Positions 38,957-47,385 of a DNA stretch of 64,000 nucleotides are shown here, in pieces. A program made the translations under genes and the position numbers. Source of the stretch: Octopus sinensis (Eukaryota); contig NC_043014.1 of NCBI RefSeq assembly GCF_006345805.1, positions 46,128,001-46,192,000 of the forward strand, read 5' to 3'. Numbering within the stretch: the first letter of the stretch is position 1; every line of letters begins with the position of its first letter. The notes under the pieces are model-generated. The model was not told the origin of the DNA and did not search any database. It saw only the letters and a program-made list of their open reading frames with translations.

Positions 38957-39218
38957 TTATTAGTCATAAGACGATGTAACTCGTATGGCCATCTGAATGA
39001 AGATGGGTTGTGCCATCCAAGTGGAGGCAGTCTGCAGCAAAATGCATGGAAAGAAGCAGCAAAGACTGATGTTAGGATATTGAATCACATAAAAGAGAGA
39101 AGTAATTGCATGAAATGGAGAGATGCAGTGTGTGTGGATGCGTGTGAGTGTGTAGGAGAGGGCGGCTGACCAAGTCAACCCATCTCAGTATGGAAAAACA
39201 GACATAAAATGATGAAAT

Positions 39219-39701
39219 ACCTATTTCTTTATTACCCGCAAGGAGCTAAACACAGAGAGGACAAACAAGGACAGACAAACGGATTAAGTCGATTACATCG
39301 ACCCCAGTGAGTAACTGGTACTTATTTAATCGATCCCCGAAAGGATGAAAGGCAAAGTCGACCTCGGCAGAATTTGAACTCAGAACGTAGCGGCAGACGA
39401 AACACCTATTTCTTTACTACCCACAAGGGGCTAAACACAAAGAGGACAAACAAGGACAGACAAACGGATTAAGTCGATTACATCGACCCCAGTGAGTAAC
39501 TGGTACTTATTTAATCGATCCCCGAAAGGATGAAAGGCAAAGTCGACCTCGGCAGAATTTGAACTCAGAACGTAGCGGCAGACGAAACACCTATTTTTTT
39601 ACTACCCACAAGGGGCTAAACACAAAGAGGACAAACAAGGACAGACAAACGGATTAAGTCGATTACATCGACCCCAGTGAGTAACTGGTACTTATTTAAT
39701 C
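39219..39701 (-). repeat. SINE family A amplified as a 185-bp head-to-tail array (third unit split by the insertion)
   Basis: acctatt at 39219, 39404 and 39589. The units share private variants cagtGAgtaac and ggcAgaa. Confidence 0.92.
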
Positions 39702-40006
39702 AATACCCAAAAACGATGTTACTTTGTTTGTTAGATGTTACTTTTTCATCGATACTCAAAAACTGAACTTTGACCAACTGAATACTTATACGAGTGCCTG
39801 CTTGGTTAGTAAATTACTGCTACTTTGTTAACTTAATCACTGTTGTTTTCGTGTCTTTTCTATAAGACTGTTAGTGGCCTTCGTGCGAAGGCTGCGCACT
39901 TAGTTCCCCCCTCGAGGGGGAATTATTGTGTGTCATCGTGTGTGGAACACATTAAAAAATTTCTACAAACGGCTTGCAAAGCCAAAATGTCTTCGGAAGG
40001 CGGTGA

Positions 40007-41029
40007 ATGCCAACTGAAAAAGCTCGAAATGGAATTCCTATCTCTTATTCACCAATCTCAGGTGATGAAAGCTCACAAGCCTCAGGTGAAGAAAGCTCAC
40101 TGGCGGTGACGCCGGAAAAAGAACCGGCGGTAACGCCAGAAAAAAAGGCCCCAGCGAAGAAGTTCGCGGAAGTTGCAGGGCGTAAACAAAAAAGTATAAA
40201 TACAGATAGCAGTAATCTGGAAAAATATGAAGTCTTTCTGAAAAAAGAAGGAAACGAGATAGCAGTAAAAGCAGATGTCGGAAAAAAAGAAGAGATAGAA
40301 AAGAAAAGGATAATTTATAAAACATACAGTACAACAACAAAAAGTATCCAAAAAGTGGAAGAAAAGAAAATAGAGGAGTGCCTGAAGGCAATTAGAAAGG
40401 ACGTAACATACATAAACAGAGGAAGGTTCGGAACGGTAGAGGTGAGGTTTAAGACCGAGGAAATAGCAAAGAGGCTATCTACCGAACCGCAAAAAGCAGG
40501 GAACATAGTCCTACCCATGTACAGAGGCAGAAGGACCTCAAAAATAGTTATGAGAAATATTCCCCCAGAGGCGGACGCCACATGCCTGGTGGCGGCAGTG
40601 ATGCTAGGCCTGAAGGACAAAATCAATATCCTCCAAGCTACAGTGGAGGAGGAGGGGTTTTGGCAGGGCCAGAGCATCACAATGGCAATCCAAGCCGAGG
40701 TCCAGACACTGGAGGAAATACCAGAGGTGCTGAGGCTCGATGAGGAGGAGAGAGTGTTGGTTTTCGTAGAAGGAAGAAAGCCGAGGTGCTTCGGCTGCGG
40801 AAAAAAGGGACACGTAAGAGCAGAGTGTCAACCTAAACCGCAGGTAGAAGCACCGTCGGAAAAGGAAGAAACTGAAACAGAAAAGAAAACAGAGGAAACC
40901 AAAGAGGTAGAAAAATCATCGAGTGGTGCAGAAAAAGAAAAAGAGGAGGGGTGGTCAAAAGTTACCAAAAAAAACGGAAAACAGAAACCACCCCTCAAGA
41001 AGAAGAGAATCAGAAGAAGAGAAAAGTAA
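40007..41029 (+). CDS. Gag-like ORF1 protein (RRM-like region, CCHC zinc knuckle), 340 aa
   Basis: Longest non-repeat ORF. KKFAEVA motif, GRFGTVEVRF beta-strand, knuckle CFGCGKKGHVRAEC (CX2CX4HX4C, 40787-40828), acidic/lysine-rich tail. Homologues at 32.0, 27.5 and 15.8 kb. Confidence 0.85.
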   Translation: MPTEKARNGIPISYSPISGDESSQASGEESSLAVTPEKEPAVTPEKKAPAKKFAEVAGRKQKSINTDSSNLEKYEVFLKKEGNEIAVKADVGKKEEIEKKRIIYKTYSTTTKSIQKVEEKKIEECLKAIRKDVTYINRGRFGTVEVRFKTEEIAKRLSTEPQKAGNIVLPMYRGRRTSKIVMRNIPPEADATCLVAAVMLGLKDKINILQATVEEEGFWQGQSITMAIQAEVQTLEEIPEVLRLDEEERVLVFVEGRKPRCFGCGKKGHVRAECQPKPQVEAPSEKEETETEKKTEETKEVEKSSSGAEKEKEEGWSKVTKKNGKQKPPLKKKRIRRREK

Positions 41030-41504
41030 CCAATTCATTTATGGCCATTAAGGCTACCAACAATAGACTAGTCAATGTGTTGGCAGCCATGGCCAAAGTG
41101 GAGAGAGTAAGGAAAACGAAAGACTGTATTGTGTACAAAATAGGCCGGAAGGATTACAGGCGGATAAAATCCGAATTCTTCCACGACGTGGGCCCTCTGA
41201 GACTGGACATGTCTCCATACCTATACGAGGGCCTGCGTCGGACTCCCCCACGAGCCAAGGAAAAAAATAAAAGCGAAGAAGACGACGAAAAACAAGGCGA
41301 ACCAGTCGAACAAGTCGAACCACTGTCGACGAGAATGAAAGGTATACGGTCAGGCAAGTTCATATCCGGCCCTGGGTTGATGAATTACTTCATCTTCCAC
41401 CTGAAAAGGAGATAGGGCTGGAGAGAAAATGCCTGACTAAGAGAGTGTATGAAGAACGATGGAAGGATGTAGCACGGAAGTTGCGAATGGATGACACCAC
41501 ATAA
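40975..41504 (+). pseudogene. Frameshifted ORF1 extension fused to a putative ORF2 C-terminal tip
   Basis: The -1 frame from the A8 run reads RKTETTPQEEENQKKRK...STRMKGIRSGKFISGPGLMNYFIFHLKRR. After a second -1 shift at ~41412 it reads IGLERKCLTKRVYEERWKDVARKLRMDDTT* (stop 41502-41504). Confidence 0.6.
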
Positions 41505-41750
41505 ATGTAAATCAGGACGAAACCAAAGTATCAGTGGTGAGGCGGGGCTCGTGGGGTCCGAGCTGAACCCGCCCCCACTCCACCTGTAATGTCTTCCGGT
41601 CTGTTATTCATTCGATTTTATAATTTTTGCAATTTTGTGAATTTTTGAATTTTTAATCTCATCTTTTTTGTAACCCCATCCGAGAATCTGACCCCACATC
41701 AGGTTGTATCGTCCCCTCTTTGTTTGCCCCTTGTGGGTAATAATAAAACC

Positions 41751-41877
41751 TATTTAATCGATCCCCGAAAGGATGAAAGGCAAAGTCGACCTCGGCAGAA
41801 TTTGAACTCAGAACGTAGCGGCAGACGAAATACCGCAAAGCATTTCACCCGGCGTGCTAACGATTCTGCCAGCTCGC
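41751..41877 (-). mobile_element. Remainder (5' half) of the interrupted family A SINE
   Basis: Continues gatccccgaaaggatg...ggcagaatttgaactcag...ctgccagctcg. Confidence 0.92.
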
Positions 41878-43514
41878 TCAACATCAAAGATACAAACACT
41901 TCAAAACTAATTGTCATTTTTAAAAAAAAAGAAATGACAGATAGCTGGAAGAGATTTCAAGAATTCTTACAAATTTCTGTTAATTCACCCACTTGCATAC
42001 TGAGGTCTTGGTTAAAACATTACAAATTTGTAAGCGAGAGAAATCTAATGACGTTTGACAGTTTTTCTGTTAAAAGGGGTAAAATATTTGGAATAATTTC
42101 CTGAAGATTACTCTAAGATATCTTAAACTTGACATTCACAAGGACTTTCCAAAACCTCAAGAGTATGCAACAGGTAAAGTATGCAACATAACTTGTCCCC
42201 TCTCTTTTTCTTTTACTAGACTTACATTGGGCTAACCAACATCAAATGTTGGCTACAATGCTGGCAGGCTGTGAATTTTAACTTTAAAATGGAATATTTA
42301 CTGTCAAAGAAACTAAGGCATGTGGATGGTTAGTCCAGACTTATACCAAAGCACTGCTAGTCATTCAAAGATACAATAATCGCAGTATTACGATCAGAAG
42401 GAGAAATAAAAATGTAATGTCGAATGTAGTATGCAAATTACCGGTGACCATAGAAGGCAGAGGACGAAATGCAGAAAAGGACAAATTCCTAACATAATTG
42501 AATACTGTGGACAGGAAAAGTAAGTAGGAATATAATTTGACCCCTCCCTTTTTCTTTACTGGACTGATATTGGAATAATCCATATTAGTGTTGTTTAGGC
42601 ATCAGGTTTGTGGAATTACTCAGTGTTAATCATAAATGTACAAGAACTCCAGAGAGCTACCTAATTAGCAACAGAAATTGTGTTTGTGGTTATGAGTTCA
42701 ACCAGGTCCAATCAAATTAAATTAGGTAGATTTTAAGGATAAAAGATGAAGCTGGACTGTGTATATGATTGTCATAAAGTATCACTCAGTGTAATATGGT
42801 TAAGTTCAGAACTCCAGCCTGCCAGGCAGTCAAAACTTGAAGTTTGAGAGGAGGCGTAAAGCTATCTTACTGTCAACCAACCAAGTTTATTCAGAAGGCA
42901 AATTGCCTCGAATGAGAGTTGGCCTATTTCAAGGTAGCATGAAGGTTCAAGATCTGCATAACTGTACCATGTCAAGGTCAAGGTGATCGTACAGGCTGAA
43001 GGTTTGTTGGTGTACCTGATGGACTGGATGTCTCCAGGGACACTGTACCTATTAGTTTTGCCAACAAGCAGTCCCGAAACTAAAATGCATTGTATGGTAA
43101 GTACCTTGGCAATATCCTGGGACCAGGACATTCACTGTACCCAGTTCCAATACAGGGTAAGGAATCTTTAAAAGTTTTACCTGATGTGCATTGCTTTAGC
43201 ATCAGGATTATGAATCCACTCACAATAAGGGAGATTTCCTTTGTTTGAGCTATTCTTCCAGCCCTTTACTAGTTTCACTCATTAGACAGCAGCCATGCTA
43301 GAGCAGATCCTTTGATTAGTGGGTTTAGATTTAATTATTTATCAGTCAAATGGTTAGTCATCTAATTAGTGACATGCAATTCTCCACTGTACGTACCATT
43401 CATTGAAACCACAGCCAAGACGTTGCACTTCAACAGATTGTCAGAGAAAAAAAAGAGACTAAAGGCAAAAACTTTCGTGGGGCCTGGTGCGTTATGACCT
43501 GCTGTCTTTTCAGT

Positions 43515-43702
43515 AGGTGGATGCACCACCAGGTTTGTCTGCTATGTTATGACCTGCTGGGACTCAGTGGGTGAATGCGCCACCATGATGCCCATTCTGG
43601 GCGTCTGGTGTGCTAAGACTCGCTGTTTTGGATGGGTGGATGCACTGCCAGACTTTGCTCTATCAGGCCTCACTACTAGCAGCGGGTGGATGCACTACCA
43701 GG
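43515..43702. repeat. Degenerate ~55-bp repeat (4 cores)
   Basis: ggtg(g/a)atgc(a/g)c..cca at ~43517, 43570, 43635 and 43685. Confidence 0.5.
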
Positions 43703-44179
43703 CAGAAACCGCCGTGGCATGCACTTTGGTGTTAGTTTGTTGGCTGGTGGGTACTCTAGATGGTTTGGGCAGTGGTCGTTTGCCTATCCTGGGGTGGGGG
43801 TCCGCACCTTCTTCAAGTTCAACTTAATCACTTCAGCCAAGTGCTCATGGAAATTGCCACTCAGATTCAGTATGACAGAAACATATGCCAAACATATGGC
43901 AACCAGGCGCCGTTAAACTGAGGGCTGCGGGTCAGGCTGGGCGTGTGACCTCCCCACATTCAGCCGCTCTGCTACCTTTCCCTGCGGTGGACAATGGACC
44001 ATCTCCACTGCACGGTACAGTTAATGATCCATTAGATAATGACTCGACCAGCATCAGATGTGCCCGACGCTGATGTACAACAGGAATAGTCAGGGCCTAT
44101 TTAGGTTGATTTACGCACCTCATACCCTGGTAGTGAAGGGTTTTCAGCTCCCACCGGACTTAGCTCAAGACCCCCCCCA

Positions 44180-45116
44180 CCATGACGCCCACTATCTTTA
44201 GAAGTGGTTGGAGAGGGGAATGTGGGGGTATCAAGCCTCACTCCGGCAGGGAGCGAATTCTCATTACCCATGCCCTGCGTGTCATGCTCCATTGCCTGTC
44301 TGCTATGCCCACAGTGCTTCTCTTTTCCCCGACGGTGGGGAGAACAGAGTGTAGACACAGCGTGAAGCCGGTCTACAAATGCAGTAAGCGAGTCCTTCAT
44401 TCTATGAGGTGTCATGCTGGCAAGCATAGTGGTGCATCTGGCGTGCCTGCCCCTGGTCCTACTCAGTTCTCCTTCGAGTGTGACGGCTGCAGGTCGATCT
44501 CAGTGCGAACGCCATAAGCATCCTGTTGCCGCTAATGAGTACAGGATTGCTGCTCATAAGGAGCAATTGGCTAGGAAACGAGGACCGAGCAGCTGCTGCC
44601 GAGGCCTCTGGCCGAAGGCATAGAGGCTGTTGGTCAGACGAGGAAGTAGCGGTCCTCGACGAGAAGGAGGCAGAGCCATTGCACGGTTACCGTTCCTAAT
44701 GCAGCCACCGCACGGTTCCCGTTCCTAATGCAGCCACCGCACGGTTCCCGTTCCTAATGCAGCCACCGCACGGTTCCCGTTCCTAATGCAGCCACCGCAC
44801 GGTTCCCGTTACTAATGCAGCCACCGCACGGTTCCCGTTACTAATGCAGCCACCGCACGGTTCCCGTTACTAATGCAGCCACCGCACGGTTCCCGTTACT
44901 AATGCAGCCACCGCACGGTTCCCGTTACTAATGCAGCCACCGCACGGTTCCCGTTACTAATGCAGCCACCGCACGGTTCCCGTTACTAATGCAGCCATCG
45001 CACGGTTCCCGTTATTAATGTAGCCATCGCACGGTTCCTGTTGGGCAAAATTACCAAGCAGGTAGGAACCAGGAGGGCAGCTCTGGCCAAAAGGACTCGA
45101 GTCTTCAAGGATCAGG
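44180..45116 (+). mobile_element. R2-type non-LTR retrotransposon 5' fragment (zinc fingers + Myb domain)
   Basis: CPAC (44271), YKCSK..LHSMRCH (44374), FECDGC (44473) + SQCERHKHPVAANEYRI (44498), Myb WSDEEVAVLDEKEAE (44631). After the minisatellite: INVAIARFLLGKITKQVGTRR (45014). Order and motifs match R2 N-termini. Confidence 0.75.
44681..45038. repeat. 29-bp minisatellite (~12 units) inside the R2 Myb coding region
   Basis: Unit gcacggttcccgtt(c/a)ctaatgcagccacc; period 29 (44701 to 44730). Confidence 0.98.
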
Positions 45117-45268
45117 GCTGTTGACTCCCACTCACAAGTCAAGGATAGATCTTTTCAGCACAACATATTTCTGTAGTGGGTATAATAATATGTGGAAATT
45201 GACGATTTAAAAGTCAGTTATCAGCATATTGGCATAGAAATAATTTTCTTTTGCCCTTGTTTATAAGT

Positions 45269-45271
<3 letters not shown>

Positions 45272-45308
<37 letters not shown>
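45272..45308. repeat. (TA)n microsatellite
   Basis: Direct reading. Confidence 0.95.
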
Positions 45309-45309
<1 letters not shown>

Positions 45310-45629
45310 TTCATTCATCACTTTTATATTCTATGTCCCCACATATACTGTCCGTTCCATGTTTTAAGCCTTTGTGCCGAATAAAGAATTTAATCTAATG
45401 AACGTATGAAAAATTTTGATTACCATTTCACAGCCACACATTGCCTTCGCAGTAGAAATAAACATGTCACACTATTCAATGCCTTTGCAACAGTCACAAA
45501 TTGAATAGACAGCACAAATACAAAAAAATTTGACTCACCCACTGCAATGATCTCCAAAAGACAAATCTAGTGGCTTCAATACAATAGCTTGTACATGCTT
45601 TCAAGTTTGGGAACATGTTCTACGAGGGG

Positions 45630-45633
<4 letters not shown>

Positions 45634-45661
<28 letters not shown>
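45634..45661. repeat. (CAT)n microsatellite
   Basis: Direct reading. Confidence 0.95.
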
Positions 45662-45662
<1 letters not shown>

Positions 45663-45779
45663 GTCTGTCTGGGTTGTCAGCTCGGACTGACGGAGAAACT
45701 GCCGAAAACCAATGATGTTTAACAGAAACCACAATACCATCCGGCAGCCATGCGCTGATAAACTGGTGGTCTCGAGGTT

Positions 45780-46141
45780 TTGTAGGACGCTGTCAAAGCA
45801 GAGGCATGGCATACTGACCAAAAACGTTCACCTCCAAGACAATACCCAAGGTCACAATGTGCATGTTGCACAGATGAAAGCACACTCCTGTGGCTACGAA
45901 ATCCTTCCTCATCCCCCTAACTGTTCCGATCTCACACCATCTGACTTCCACCTCTTTCCAAAGAGGAAATACTTTTGAAGGGGAAGCACTTTCTTTTGGA
46001 TGATGAAATTATTTCTGAGGTAAAACCTTGGCTCCAGACACAACCACTACAGACTTCTACAGACTAGGTAGGTCTTCACAGCCACAAAGCTATGTAAGAA
46101 GTGTGTCACCATTGGTGGTGACTATGTCGAAACGGACTAAT
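45780..46141 (+). pseudogene. mariner transposase C-terminal half
   Basis: RHGILTKNVHLQDNTQGH...GYEILPHPPNCSDLTPSDFHLFP...KCVTIGGDYVE, compared with the mariner consensus HDNARPH, HPPYSPDLAPSDFHLFP. Confidence 0.88.
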
Positions 46142-47385
46142 AATTATACCAAAGTTTGTTTATCTTGGTGTTTGGGAAGTGGGTCAGAGGAAATTAACAA
46201 AGTAGGAATGGTGGTCAAAGGCTAAAATAATGCCCTACATCTGTCTCAACGACTGCATTATACAGACTGATGGTAGCCCATACTCTTATCCACTACGCTA
46301 TATAGCGTAGTGGATAAGAGTGCTGGCTACTAACCCTTAGATTCCAAGTGCAATCCCAAGCAGGGACTTTGGGAAATACTGACAGAAAATATCAGCAAAA
46401 AAGAACATCTTAGGAATGAGAATAGAGTACTCCATTAATCAAACAAAGGGTTTGGGTATGAAATTCCATGAAAACATCTGATGAAGGCTGGCGAGCACAT
46501 CAGCTGAAATATTCATTTCAAAACTATAGAATTGCAGAATACAGTCACAAAATTATATTCCAAGTTTTAGACTCCAAAACATGAACACATCCAAGACCCA
46601 AAGCGCTGGCACAGATTAGACAATGAAGTGGCAGATAAAATGGTCAATAATTAGCACCATGTAGAGTAGAATGCTGGACTAACCACAGATTCATTATATC
46701 TAAACTATAAAACCGCAGAGGATCAACACTGCCATATTGAAGTCAGGAGACCTTGTTGAATATTGTAAATGATCGACATGAAATCAGCCCCAGTTTGGGA
46801 GAGTGTCAAAGAATGATCTGCAAGGTTGAAGGACCAGATGCACAGCACAGAGTTGAAGCACCATGAAGAAATACAGTAAAACACAGAATTTACTTTCGTA
46901 TTCGGATTTGGTTTGCAAGATTCTTTATATGAAAAGGTTGCAAGACGCAATGAAAATTTTAGGACAATAAAAATAACGAAAGCATGGAAATTTTACCGGC
47001 GAGTGTGTTACATAATAAGGCACAAAAAGAAAATGACACACGCCAGACACAAGAGAATTTAATTGTAAGAGAAAAGTGGCTCAGCAAAATGGCTGAGGAG
47101 ACCAAGCATAATACAGAAAATGTCCAAGAGGTTCTGAATACCTAACTATTTAAATGACTAAGAACAGCAAAATTAATGGGCTCAAAAGATCAACGCTTCC
47201 TACAACGGGAAATAAATGGTTAGATTTGACAGTGCCAAATACCCAAAAATGAATATGCTATCCCACTACCTGCTTCAAATGAAAACCAACTAAACTTAAC
47301 AATAACTTTAATACTTCTGTTTGAATAGCTATCATTGGAACAAAGTTCCTAAGCCAGGTGCCATACCAGAGGCAATCTCCTAAAT

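Larger units (their letters stand above)
39702..41750 (+). mobile_element. Non-autonomous L1/Tx1-derived retroelement, 2049 bp, gag-only, 9-bp TSD
   Basis: TSD TATTTAATC at 39693-39701 and 41751-41759. Removing the insert restores the SINE (cttatttaatc-gatccccgaaagg). Has ORF1, an ORF2-like tip, a T-rich 3' UTR and a (TAA)n/A tail. No EN or RT motifs seen. Confidence 0.88.

Noticed and set aside
42931-42938. AAGGTAGC, the core of the R2 28S target, 1.2 kb upstream of the R2 fragment
   Set aside because: An uninterrupted 8-mer with no flanking 28S similarity, expected by chance.
43935-43970. Possible HDV-like ribozyme upstream of the R2 fragment (ggctggg...acctcccc...ttcagcc)
   Set aside because: A hairpin is possible, but I could not find P2, the P1.1 GG or the J4/2 catalytic strand. 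An RNAMotif/Infernal HDV search would settle it.
1006-46950. Remaining 60-150 aa ORFs of the track
   Set aside because: Most overlap SINEs or are shadow frames of TE fragments. Many use non-ATG starts, and none shows a recognisable domain.
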